Assembly: GCA_030390025.1 (NCBI GenBank)
Contig: CM059432.1
Location: forward strand, 9,114,001 to 9,178,000
Source: Squalus acanthias
Lineage: Eukaryota
DNA length: 64,000 nucleotides
Direction of reading: 5' to 3'
Shown here: positions 25,050 through 36,964 of the stretch, piece after piece
Position numbering within the stretch: the stretch's first letter is position 1
Layout of the letters: every line of letters begins with the position of its first letter
Translations under genes and position numbers: made by a program
Notes under the pieces: generated by a model
What the model was told of the DNA's origin: nothing
What the model saw: only the letters and a program-made list of their open reading frames with translations
Database searches by the model: none

Positions 25050-25435
25050 CCTAAACATTCACTCCCTCCACCACTGGCGTACCGTGGCTGCAGTGTGCTC
25101 CATCTACAAGATGCACTGCAGCAACTCGCCAAGGCTTCTTCGGCAGCACCTCCCAAGCCCGCGACCTCTACCGCCCAGAAGGACAAGGGCAGCAGGCGCA
25201 TGGGGAACACCACCACCTGCAAGTTCCCCTCCAAGTCACACACCAGCCTGATAGGGACATATATCGTCCGTTCCTTCATCGTCGCTGGGTCAAAACCTTG
25301 AACTCCCTACCAGAACAGCACTGTGGGAGCACCTTCACCACGCGGACCCACCACCACCTTCTCAAGGGCAACCAAAGATGGGCTATAAATTCCGACCTTG
25401 CCAGTGACGGCCGCATCGTGAGAATTTTTTTTTAA
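25050..25435 (+). mobile_element. LINE family X 3' fragment
   Basis: LNIHSLHHWRTVAAVCSIYKMHC. Confidence 0.82.
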
Positions 25436-25904
25436 ACAATTAGCAGTAATTACTGTGGCATACAGCAACTGAGATTACACAGTCTGATCCAGGAACAGCC
25501 AAATATTTAACAGAGGCAAACAGTGAACAATCTAAACTCATTTAGAAACAATAATTAAATGTATTCATTTAAGATGAATGACTCAAATGTAATCTCCTTA
25601 GTGGTTGTAGTATAAGAAGGTATTATATTAATTAAAAAGAACTGCTAATAAGCTCTGATTACAGGATAATTGACATAATAAATATATTTTTAACATGTTA
25701 TAATTTGATGATTTGTTAGGAAGGAACAGCTGTGAGAAATGTATTGAGTATTGTTAATTGCAACCTTGATATTGTCTTCAAATAAATGAGCAAATCTTTA
25801 AGACGCACATTCAAGGTAGAGTTTGCGCTTTGGCCCAATCGGCAAACCGGGCGCGAATTGCGCTTGAAATTGGGCTGTTTCTCCGAAATGAAGATCTGAT
25901 TCAA

Positions 25905-26712
25905 GCTTCCATTGTCTTCGGTCCCCACCACAAACTCCGTTCCCTAGCCACCGACTCCATCCCTCTCCCTGGCAACTGCCTGAGGCTGAGCCAGGCTGTT
26001 CGCAACCTTGGCATCATAGTTGACCCCGAGATGAGCTTCCGACCACATATCCACACCATCACTAAGACCGCCTATTTCCACCTCCATAACATCGCCCGTC
26101 TCCGCCCCTGCCTCAGCTCACCTGCTGCTGAAATCCTCATCCATGCCTTTGTTACCTCTACACTTGATTATTCCAACGCACTCCTGGCCGGCCTACCATG
26201 TTCTACCCTCTGTAAACTTGAGGTCATCCAAAACTCGGCTGCCCGTGTCCTAACTCGTGCCAAGTCCCGTTCACCCATCACCCCTGTGCTCGCTGACCTA
26301 CATGGGCTCCCAGTTAAGCAACGCCTCGATTTCAAAATTCTCATCCTTGTTTTCAAATCCCTCCATGGCCTCGTCCCTCCCTATCTCTGTAATCTCCTCC
26401 AGCCCCACAACCCCCTCCGAGATATCTGCGCTCCTCTAATTCTGGCCTCTTGAGCATCCCCAATTTTCATCGCTCCACCATTGGCAGCCGTGCCTTCAGC
26501 TGCCTGGGCCCTAAGCTCTGGAATTCCCTCCCTAAACTTCTCTACTTCTCTTTCCTCCTTTAAGACACTCCTTAAAACCGACCTCGTCACCTGTCCTAAT
26601 GTCTCCTTATGTGGCTCGGTGTCAAATTTTGTTTGATAATCGCTCCTGTGAAGCGCCTTGGGACGTTTTACTCGGTGAAAGGCGCTGTATAAATACAAGT
26701 TGTTGTTATTGT
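25905..26712 (+). mobile_element. L2 LINE 3' fragment (RT C-terminus)
   Basis: VRNLGIIVD, AEILIHAFVTSTLDYSNALLAGLP, QNSAARVLT, RLDFKILILVFKSLHG. Confidence 0.9.
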
Positions 26713-27056
26713 TCCACTCAAATACATTTGCATATCGCCGAATGTAAAATCATCCATGGACCAGCGCAATCGGGCAGTGTGACAGAGCATAACCGTTTAT
26801 TTTTTATCCTTGCATTAAATAATATACCATGATGTGTTTAAGAGCGGTAACCTTGTGCAGATTTATTAATACAGCTGAAATGGGTTTATCACCAAAATTA
26901 AGCATTTTTAATAACAGCGTCTTGTCCACCACCTGTGAGTAACCCGATTTTAAATCACTGAAAATGACTTAATAAAGGTCTACTGAACCATTTACTAATT
27001 TCGTTAGTGTACACTAGTCAGTTTCTTAGCAAATGAAATATTTTAAAATATTTAAT

Positions 27057-27817
27057 GGGGCAGAAATTCATCTGTTGTCGGGTGAGTACGCACTGTGTAC
27101 TCACCCGTGGACGGAACGAAAGTGCCGGTTTCTTGCATGCACTGCGCATGCGCGGGAAACCGGCACTTCCGTTCCCCTGAGGAAAGGGGTTCAGAGGTCG
27201 AACGCGCACGCCAGAGGGCCAGCGCGTTCGCCTCGCACTTCGGGTTTTTTTTACAGGTTCCTCCGTGAGGGTAAGCACGGAGAAGATACACTTTTAAAAA
27301 GGAGGCGCAAGGCCTTCTTTTAACAAGGTAAGTGTTGATTTTATTAAAATGTAAACATTTTTTTCACAGATTTATCTTTTTAATTACTTTAAAGAAAGGT
27401 AAGTTTAGTTTCAGCCCCGTTAAAAAATGTAAATAATTTTTTCAAAAATTTAAATTTTTGTTTAAAATAGTTAATTAATGTAATTTATAGTTATTTTAAA
27501 AATGTGATTTAAAAAAAAATTTTATTTGTAGTTTTAGGGATGTTTTGGGGCCGATCTGTATTCATAGATTTGACAGGACTTCCTGTCAAATCTATGAATG
27601 AAAGATGGTCTGCTGCCATTGGCTCTCCATGGCCCACGTGATCCCAAGGGACACATCGCACTAACTACGCCCCTGGGATACACAAGCACTGCGCGCCGGC
27701 AGCTGGGGGAGGCCCAGGAGCCGAAGTCCCCATGGGCCCAGAGGTCAACGGCAGGCGCGGTAGGTGTGCGCGTGATCCTTGCACCCACGGGAAGCCAGGG
27801 AACCGAATTTCTGGCCC
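27057..27817. mobile_element. MITE family C (reverse orientation)
   Basis: TIRs GGGGCAGAAATTC and GAATTTCTGGCCC; TSD AAT at 27054-27056 and 27818-27820. Confidence 0.88.
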
Positions 27818-28617
27818 AATAACTTTTAAAAGGTACCTCCTGGTGCCTGTGGGCCTAAAAAAAAAAGCAGCTTATTTTAAGAGCCTCCTCGAGGGGCCGC
27901 AAACTGGTGCAGTTAGCGGAAACTCGCCGTGGTGATTATTTTGACCGAGGGCGTGGACAGTTTTGTGGGCGGGGCCGGCTTCCAGCACAATGTTTTTTAA
28001 AGCAGCGTAAAAATGGCGGAAGCTCGATTTGCGCTGGGCGTAACTTGCGTTTGAAATTCCTCGAATGTTTGCGCTGGTCTGGTAAATTTCGGATGAATTG
28101 CACTGAATAAACCAGCGCCACCGAGCGGAAACTCCAAGCCCCAATCAAAAGCAGACTCTTAACAAGAAATGAGATTTGCTGCAAAGGTTTTTCTTTAAGA
28201 TACTTTCATTAGGAAAATAATATTTACTTAAAACTAAGAAATTATTTACCATAAATTAAATAAAAATGAAAGGGAATGGCAGCCAAAACTCATTTCAATT
28301 ATCAAATCTTTTGCAACCCACGATCTGGACCTTCAAAAGAATGTGAGTGATACAATTATGGGAAGGGGATGGACAAGTGATTGTGAAAGGACTCATCAGT
28401 GGCCAGTATCTTTGGGGCCTCATGATAATAGCTATGTGTACAGGTGGCAGAGGTTACTTGGAGGCTGAAATATTAAGGAGACAAGAAGGGCAGGGAATTT
28501 GGGGGAGATAGGGCAGTAGGTGGATGCTAAAGCCACCAAGGATCAGGAGGGCAAAAGGGACATATTTTCATTCAGGAAGGTACTAAAGTTTGGTAAACAA
28601 TTTCTTCCCCTTACTCT

Positions 28618-28970
28618 ACATAAGAATAAGAAATAGGAGCAGGAGTCGGCCATTCGGCCTTTCAAGCTTGTTCTGCCATTCAACAAGATCATGGCTGATC
28701 TTCTACCTCAAATCCACCTTCCTGCCCGATCCCCATATCCCTTGATTCCCTTAATATCCAAAAATCTATCAATCTCAATCTTGAATACACTCAACGACTG
28801 AGCCTCCACAGCTCTCTGGCTCAGAGAATTCCAAAGATTCACAACCCTTTGAGAGAAGAAATTTCTCCTCATCTCAATCGTAAATGGCCAACCCCTTATT
28901 CTGAGACTGTGGCCCCTGGTTCTAGACTCCCCGGCCAGGGGAAACATCCTCCCTGCATCTACCCTGTCAA
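28618..28970 (-). mobile_element. CR1 3' tail
   Basis: RMFPLAGESRTRGHSLRIRG...FFSQRVVNLWNSL. Confidence 0.88.
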
Positions 28971-29357
28971 TGACCTTGAAGAAGTGGGAAGGGTGGTAAA
29001 GTGTTGGGGTGCTTGAGTGTGAAGGAAATGCAGAGAGCAAGGTGAAGTCTCAAGATGACTCCAAGGCTACTTGCCGGCTCCATGAAATGAATAGGTCACC
29101 AGGCAAGGTGTGGCAGGCTTGATGAGAGAGAAGGAGTCGTGTTTGAAGAGAAGTTGTTGTCAAGCCCAAGATATCAATGATTTCAACTGGGATGAGGTAA
29201 AGGATGGGATGGGTTTTGCCAGCAAGCAAATGTATGTTTTGAAGGGCGCTGCGGAGATGCGGACAGACAGAGATTTTCTTGGGAGGAGGTTTGAGAAGGT
29301 ATCGGGGGAGATTCAGACAGACTCTGGACAGTGGGGTGGGGGAGGGCTGGTGGGAGC

Positions 29358-29737
29358 ATAGAAATATATAAAATTCTCAAGGGGCTTGACAGCGTAAATG
29401 CTGGGAGGATATTTCCCCTGGCTGGTGAGTCTAGAACCAGGGGTCACAGTCTCAGAATAAGGAGTCGGCCATTTAGGACTGAGATGAGGAGGAATTTCTT
29501 CACTCAAAGGGTTGTGAATCTTTGGAATTCTCTACCCCAGAGGGCTGTGGAGGCTCAGTCGTTGAGTATATTCAAGACAGAGATCGACAGATTTTTGGAT
29601 ACTAAGGGAACCAAGGGATATGGGGATAGTGCGGGAAGGTGGATTTGAGGTAGAAGATCAGCTATCACCTTATTGAATGGCGGAGCAGGCTCGAAGGGCC
29701 AAATGGCCAACTCCTGCTCCTATTTCTCATGTTCTTA
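29358..29737 (+). mobile_element. CR1 3' tail
   Basis: IEIYKILKGLD...FFTQRVVNLWNSLP. Confidence 0.88.
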
Positions 29738-30059
29738 CGTAGAGTATGGGGAAGAAACTGATGAAGTTAATCCCCAGGAATGTAAAACAGTGGGCAAACA
29801 ATAGGATAAGGCAGCAGGATAACTACTCGGAGAGAGTCAGCAGTGTGTTCCATGATTGGTGCTGTGGAGGATGCACAAGTTTGAACAAAGGGGAGCTCAT
29901 TGGTCCATCCAGGATCCAAGTTCAGTGGAGAAGTGGCAACAAATGTGGTAGGAGATTGACACCAGGATTGCAGAGCGAGGAGGGGAGCTTAAGGACGTGA
30001 TCTCCAACTTGAGGAGGCCTCCAATACTGAACTCCATAAGCAATAAACAATCTTATTAT

Positions 30060-31440
30060 ATAAACAGAAAATGCTGAGAACACTCGACAGGTCAGGCAGC
30101 ATCTGTAGAGAGAGAAACAGAGTTAAGAGGCAGAATTTTCATTGACCCGTGGAGGCGGGTTTGGAGGCGTGTGGGGTGGGAAAATAGCAGATTCGGGGGT
30201 CCCGAACCCATCCCGCCCCCAACCCGTCTCCATGCCAGTTTCGCTGGAGGCGGGTACCCGACCTGTGCTGGGACTCGCCTCCCCGAGGCGGGAAGGGGAT
30301 TAGTGCCAATAAATTGCCTGTTAACAGGTAGTTAACAGGCAGTTTTTTGCCTAATCCCTATTTTTAGCCCTGGAGTGTGGGCTTCCCGACAGGTCCGAAC
30401 CACGCCGTTTTAGCGAGGCGGACCGTCGGTCTGCAGGGGTTGGAGGGGTCGATATGTCCGGTGGGCAGGTGAGTGATGGGTGCATGTGTGCAGAGGTAAG
30501 TGTGTAAGGTAAGTGTAAAGTGTGGAAAAAAGTTTTACTTACCTTAACTTCCTCCTGCAGGTGTCAGCCCTTCAGGTATCGGGAGTCAGAAATCTCACTG
30601 GCACAGAAAGCAGAATGGCCGTTGAGCTGTCAAAAGCTGCAGCCTTTGTTTTTTGTTCTGCAGAGATCTCTAAATCAGCCTGAGAGGAAGGAATTAACTT
30701 AGAGGACAGATTGTCAGTGTTTGACAGCTTCAAGGAGCTGTCAAACGCTGATATTTCATCTGTCAAAAGCTCTTGACAGATGAAATGTCAATCTGTGACG
30801 TCACCTGTTGCCGGGTGGCCCTTAATTGGCCTGCTGAGCCCACTGGGCAGGCTCAACAAGGTCAATCAAGGGAAAATCGAGTGGGTTGGCCACAAGTCGA
30901 TGGAGGCGGGACTACAACCCAAAAAGTGGGAGTCCCGCCTCCATCACGTCCCCATTGACAAAATCCAGCCCAACGTTTCAGGTCGATGACCTTTCGTCAG
31001 AACTGGAAAATGTTAGAGATGTATCAGGTTTTAAGCAAGTACAGAGACAGGGAAAGGGAGGGTTGGGAGGAAAGAACAATAGGGAAGGTCTGTGATAGGG
31101 TGGAGGGCAGGAGAGATTAAACGAACAGCAAAATCATTACCAGCACCTTCTGTTCGAAAAAATGAGGGCCGAGGTTATGATCTGAAATTGTTGAACTCAA
31201 TGTTGAGTCCGGAAGGCTGTCAGATAAGGTGCTGTTCCTCGAGCTTACGTTGAGCTCCATTGGAACAGTGTAAGAGGCCGAGGACAGAGAGATCAGAGTG
31301 GAAGTGGAGGGGAGAATTAAAGTGACAGGCAACCGGAAGCTCGGGGTCACGCTTGCGGACTGAACGGAGGTGTTCGGCACAGCGATCACAAAATCTGCGT
31401 TTGGTCTCCCCAATGTAGAGGAGACCGCAGCGTGGGCAGT
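30060..31440 (-). mobile_element. Penelope-like element family 2: GIY-YIG C-terminal remnant and pLTR, split by a MITE
   Basis: Minus strand ~31220-31432 reads RCGLLYIGETKRRFCDRCAEHLRSVRKRDPELPVACHFNSP...KLEEQHLI (frameshifted). Hammerhead core at 30972-31004. Confidence 0.8.
30128..30971. mobile_element. Harbinger MITE, family E
   Basis: The left end continues TTTTCATTGACCCGTGGAGGCGGGTTTGGAGGCGTGTGGGG, identical to the start of the 52421 element; right TIR AAAATCCAGCCC; flanks AAG/AAC. Confidence 0.85.
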
Positions 31441-31802
31441 GAAGCCATCTTATTTACCTTTCCATCTTGTTAGCGGTCAGGACACAGTTCTAGCTGCTGC
31501 TCGTTGGGCTCACATACCCGCAACGCGTTGACTCGTGCAGTTTGCGACAGTGCAGGGGCGCAAAGGCTCTGTGCGCACTTCCCAGCTGCTCAGGGATCTG
31601 GAGGGTAGAGGGGTATCTGATGAGGTTTAACGGCACTACTGGGAGAGATTCCTGAGAGAGGGCAGCGGCTGGAGATCATTGGAGACAAAGGGCACAGCTG
31701 GAAGAGTTTCTTAAAATGTCACCCTCCATGTCATTCAGAAAGGTCAACGGTCAAAGCAGTCAAAGAACACAACAGGGAGAAAAACAGACCAAGAAAGGGG
31801 TA

Positions 31803-31830
31803 GAGAAAGAAAGAAAGAAAGAAAGAAAGG

Positions 31831-31867
<37 letters not shown>
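31803..31867. repeat. Compound (AGAA)n(AGAT)n microsatellite
   Basis: Read directly from the sequence. Confidence 0.92.
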
Positions 31868-32509
31868 TTCTTTCTTCCTTTCTACTTCTATTGTAGTTTT
31901 TTTAATAAAATTACAAGGGGACACATTTGCAGGGCTATAGAGACCGAGCAGGGGAGTGGGACTTGGCCTCCTTCTGTGCTGTATCATTCTATGAACCAGC
32001 ACCAGCCAGAGCGTACCAGTGAAAAAACAGAGAAAAGGAGCGAGTAAGAGAGGTACAGCGGGAGAACAACTGAGCAAGAGAGATGCTTCTATTGACGTCT
32101 TAAAAGTTATGATTGAATCAGGACCTGGGTAAGAGCAATAAATGCAGTAAGTGGGCTTTGGAGGAATATAATTCTGAACCTTTGTTTTATGTGTTCTGTT
32201 ATGCCCCTGGAAAATAAATGGAAAATATTGGAAAATGCATCAGACATATTGCGCAATTTTACCTATAAATGTTTTAATGTTCCAGGAGATGGTATGTCCC
32301 AGACATCCTTTCGCTCAGAATATACGCTTCAGGGCATGAGTACTGAAGGTTGGAGGTTAAATCTGAACAGCCCTTGTAGGGAGAACCATATGGACTGAGC
32401 CAATCATGAATGGGAATATAGGAGGTGGAGACCATGAGGAGTTGGCATTCAGGCAAAGTATCAAAGTGGGGCAGAAAGAGGCAGGTCAAAGTAGACAAGC
32501 ACAGACCTG

Positions 32510-32730
32510 AATCTTTGGAATTCTCCACCCCAGAGGGCTGTGGATGCTCAGTCGTTGAGTATATTCAAGACAGAGATCGATACATTTTTGGATATTAAGG
32601 GAATATAGGGATATGGGGAGAGTGTGTGAAGATGGAGTTGAGATACAAGATCAGCCATGATCTTTTTGAATGGCGGAGCACGCTCAAATAGAATGGCCTT
32701 CTCCTGCCCCTATTTCTTATGTTCTTATGA
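32510..32730 (+). mobile_element. CR1 3' tail
   Basis: AATCTTTGGAATTCTCCACCCCAGAGGGCTGTGG...TTCTTATGTTCTTATG. Confidence 0.8.
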
Positions 32731-33159
32731 AGCAGCATGCACATGCAAATGGACTAGGAGCAAGCAGAAATCATAACATTAACAGTTCATGTATGTAACA
32801 AGGTCAGGAATTTACTTAGGTTGGTGCAAGCTTTGTTTTGGTGGCTTTCTTGGAGAGTGGTGGCAAGGAGATCAATATTTGCCACCTGCCGATGTCAGTT
32901 GTGGCACAGTGGGTAGTACTCTCATCTCTAATCAACATGGTCATGGGTTCAAGCCCCATTCCAAGAAGGTTGAGTACAAAATCTAGGATAACACTCCAGT
33001 GCTGCACTATCAGAGGTCCTGCCTTTTGGATGAGATGTTAAACTGAGGCCCCGTCTGCCTCTCAATTTATCCCTCAACCAACACCTAAAAGCTTTGGTTA
33101 TTTATCTAATTGCTGTTTGTGGGAGCTTGCTGTGCAGAAATTGGCTGCTGTGTTTTTTT

Positions 33160-33587
33160 TTAATTCTTTCACAGGATGTGGACATTGCCGGCAAGGCCAG
33201 CATTTATTGCCCATGGCTAATTGCCCTCCAGAAGGTGGTGGTGGAGAGCCGCCTCCTTGAATACAACTGAGTGACTTGCTGGGCCATTTCAGAGGGGCAG
33301 TTAAGAGTCAACCACATTGCTGTGGGTCTGGAGTCACATATAGGCCAGACCGGGTAAGGACGGCAGATTTCCTTCCCTAAAGGACATTAGTGAACCAGAT
33401 GAGTTTTTACGACAATCCGGTAGCTTCATGGTCACCATTACTGATACTAGCTTTTTATTCCAGATTCATTTAATTTACTGAATTTAAATTCCCCAGCTGC
33501 AGTAGAGGGATTATGAACTCCTGTCTCCAGATCAATAGTCCAGGCCTCTGGATTACTTGTCCAGTAACAGAACCACCATGCTACCAT
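33160..33587 (-). mobile_element. tRNA-derived SINE family 2 with a LINE-X-derived 3' tail
   Basis: Minus-strand head GGTAGCATGGTGGTT...GAGTTCATAATCC (A/B-box-like). The tail at 33160-33262 matches the LINE X 3' end. Confidence 0.7.
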
Positions 33588-33902
33588 ATCAATTGGAGGA
33601 TCAGCCATGATCTCATTAAATGGCGGAGCAGGCTCGAAGGGCCGGATGGCCTACTCCTGCTCCTATCTTCTATGTATCTATGTATGTATCTAGCCTACAT
33701 TACAACAACGCTTCAAAAGCACTTCATTGGCTGTAAAGCGCTTTGGGACATCCTGAGGTCATGAAAGGCGCTATATAAATGCAAGTCTTTCCTTTTGCCC
33801 TGTAGAATGGGGTTAGGGCCACCTTGTACGTCATTATTAGGGAACTGCTGTAGAGCCATGGTCTATGCTTGGAGGTCGTAGTTCAGCTCTAAAGGACACT
33901 AT

Positions 33903-34646
33903 GGCCCAGAAATTGATCTCGCTCTGTTCCCGCGGGGGTAAGGAGCAGGCGCGATCTCTCACTCCGCGTTGGCTTTTTCAGATCCAGCTCGCACGAACTT
34001 GATGTTCCAGACATCAGCTGGGCAGTGCTTGCGTATCCCACCGGCGTAGTGAATTCGTGCGAGCTGTGGGATCACGTGACTCAGTTAGAGCCAATGGCAG
34101 CACACCATCTTCCATTCATAAGTTTCACATACGTGCTGTGAAAGCTATGAATCTTACACCCCCCCAAAATAACAGCTAAACCTCAATTAAATTTAAAAAA
34201 AAACCCATCACATTAATAAAATAAGTATAGTTAAATAAATTAACCATTTTAAATAAAAAATAAAATTTTTGAAAAAATGTAAAATCTTTTAAAAAGTTAT
34301 AAAAATAAACTTACCTGTCTTTAAAGTCTCTAAAAAAGATATACCTGTTAAAAAAAATTCAAAATAATACTTAATTCACTACTTACCTTGTTAAAAGTGG
34401 GTCTTACTCCTCCTTTTTCCATTTCTAAAATCTTCCGTCCTTACCTGCGCGTCCAAAGCACTAAGTGCACAGCGTGCGCGCAGCCTGTAGCGCGCACGCG
34501 GTGCACCGAGGAACCGCCCCCTTTTCCAAAGACCAAGTGCCGGTTTTCAGCGCATGCGCAGTGCATGCAGAAAACCGGCAATTGGAGAGAGAATACGCGA
34601 GAGTACGCAGTGCGTACTCTCGCGCAGCGGGATCAATTTTTGGCCC
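33903..34646. mobile_element. MITE family C
   Basis: TIRs GGCCCAGAAATTGATC and GATCAATTTTTGGCCC; TSD TAT at 33900-33902 and 34647-34649. Confidence 0.9.
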
Positions 34647-34771
34647 TATATAAATGCAAGTTGTTGTTGCCTGGAAGCTGGAAACTAGTGATTGGCTTGG
34701 AGAGCAAAGCACACCCGAATTACTGGCTCTGTCCAGAAGTCAGAGTTGAGAGCATGCCTGAAGGTCAGAGT

Positions 34772-35207
34772 AAGATTGGCACCCCATCCACCACCTTAAA
34801 TATGCACTCCCTCCACCACCGGCGTACCGTGGCTGCAGAGTGTACCATCTACAAGATGCACTGCAGCAACTCGCCAAGGCTTCTTTGGCAGCACCTCCCA
34901 AACCCGCGACCTCTACCACCTAGAAGGACAAGGGCAGCAGGCACAGGGGAACACCACCACCTCCAAGTTCCCCTCCCAGTCACACACCATCCTGACTTGG
35001 AAATATATCGGCCGTTCCTTCATCGTCGCTGGGTCAAAATCCTGGAACTCCCTCCCTAACAGCACTGTGGGAAGTACCTTCACCGCACGGGACCGCAGCG
35101 GTTCAAGAAGGCGGCTCACCACCACCTTCTCGAGGGCAATTAGGGATGGGCAATAAATGCTGGCCTTGCCAGAGACGCCCACATCCCATAAACGAATAAA
35201 AAAAAAA
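34772..35207 (+). mobile_element. LINE family X 3' fragment
   Basis: IGTPSTTLNMHSLHHRRTVAAECTIYKMHC. Confidence 0.85.
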
Positions 35208-35346
35208 TCTGCCTGAAGGAACGTATTTGCAGAGGTGAAGGCTTGCCTCAGGATTGCAGCATGTGCAATGCCAATGGTTCTGATTTAGCTTTGAAGAGCT
35301 ATTTCCTGCATGTAGCTTTAGTAGAAGACATCTATAATTAAGCTCC

Positions 35347-35932
35347 AGAGCATGGTACATCGGCGAGACCATGCAGACACTGAGACAACGTATGAACGGA
35401 CACCGCGCAACAATCGCCAGGCAGGAGGGTTGCCTCCCAGTCGGGGAACACTTCAGCAGCCAGGGGCATTCAGCCTCGGATATGCGGGTAAGCGTTCTCC
35501 AAGGCGGCCTTCGAAATACACGACAGCGCAAAATCATAGAGCAGAAACTGATAGCCAAGTTCCGCACTCATGAGGAGGGCCTCAATCGCGATATCGGGTT
35601 CATGTCACGATACAGAACGTGACTTGACATCATGGCCGGTCTTCCCAGGTGTTTTTTTTTAAAAAAGGCTAACACAAGAACCTACACAGATTGACAGGAT
35701 ATGCAGCCAGCAGGTGGTTTGACACGTTGGACCCCCTGGGACACATCTCATTGTCTTGGCTATGCTCTTTGATGTGGGAAAGATTTGAATATATTTTGTC
35801 TGTGTTTAAATTGTGAATTCTGGGAGATTCTCTCACTGCTAAACTTACCTGACGAAGGAGCGAACTGCTCCGAAAGCTTGTAAAATTAAATAAATCTGTT
35901 GGACTATAACCTGGTGTTGTGCGACTTCTCAT
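35347..35932 (+). mobile_element. Penelope-like element family 1 fragment (GIY-YIG C-terminus and pLTR end)
   Basis: WYIGETMQTLRQRMNGHRATI...PVGEHF...EQKLIAKFRTHEEGLNRD; the 3' end CTGTTGGACTATAACCTGGTGTTGTGCGACTTC is shared with 63116-63147. Confidence 0.85.
35845..35883 (+). ncRNA. Minimal type I hammerhead ribozyme motif (family 1)
   Basis: ttac-CTGACGA-a-ggagc(gaact)gctcc-GAAA-gctt-gtaa. Confidence 0.75.
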
Positions 35933-36964
35933 TTTTATAATTAAGTAGGGGTTACATCTCCTCGACAGTAACCGGAGACAAAAGACAGCAGAAAGCAGGA
36001 ACGTCATGGCAAATGTAAGATCTTGCCACAAAAATCTAGAGGCCACAGAATCAACGATCCATGGGTCAACTTGACAAAATCGTGCAGCCTGCGTCTGAGA
36101 CTTGGCCTTTAATTGGTGCGTTCTAAGCCTTTAACAAATGAACAAACCGTTAATGCAGATTAGCATACATTGATCTGGATACTCCCCAGGGAAAGTTTTA
36201 GGAGCGTGGACAAAAAATGTACAAGTGGTTGTTCAACACGAACACCCCAGATTGCGACACGTTCGTGCATCCTAAGGCACTGAGAAACTTCACCTCGTCC
36301 AGGTCCTGGCAACAGAATACATGAATGCGCAACCTGGAGGTGAATCAATAAAATATGCATGGGTGACACATTATGCTGCTGCTGAAGTATTGCGTGGATC
36401 ATTTTAACACTGGAAAAATTTCCATGTTCAGGAGCCAGAATGTCGGAATGTTTAACCTTGTGTCCTGGAAGATTTTGTCCTGCATCCATCTGTTATGGAT
36501 GGCATGTGACATTTTTTACGGTTTATAAACAGGCTCCTATCAATAAAACAGTGTCCCGATTAGCGCTCTGCATAATGTGATTTTTTTTTTCCGAAATAAT
36601 ATTCATGATGATATGTTACCATCAAATATTAACATGTAAGACATGAAGATATGCTACACTGATCTGGAAAAACACTTAACAAAGTGTTGGAGAGTCTAAA
36701 CTTGATTCTCACTTATCACAGCTACATTCAATTCCCTTTTTTTGTGAATTGCATTGATACATGTCCCACTGTTCGTAAAAAAAAGTAGTTTTTTAACGTG
36801 AATTTTTTTCTGATGTTCCTTTTAGTTATCAATTGAAATATTCCAATAAGAGGATACCTTCTCCAACTTGATAACAGAATTCTTTAATTCAGACACTTCC
36901 CCCTCTTTTTTGGGCTTTCTTAACAAAGTACGTTCGCATTCTATGAGATTATCATTCATGTTGT

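Larger units (their letters stand above)
25813..28142. mobile_element. MITE family D copy 2 (reverse orientation), interrupted by an L2 fragment and MITE C
   Basis: 25813-25880 matches the reverse complement of 22350-22417. 26830-27053 plus 27821-28142 match the reverse complement of 21345-21885. Confidence 0.7.

Noticed and set aside
34388..35059. 223-aa ORF
   Set aside because: A chance read-through joining MITE C, unique DNA and LINE X.
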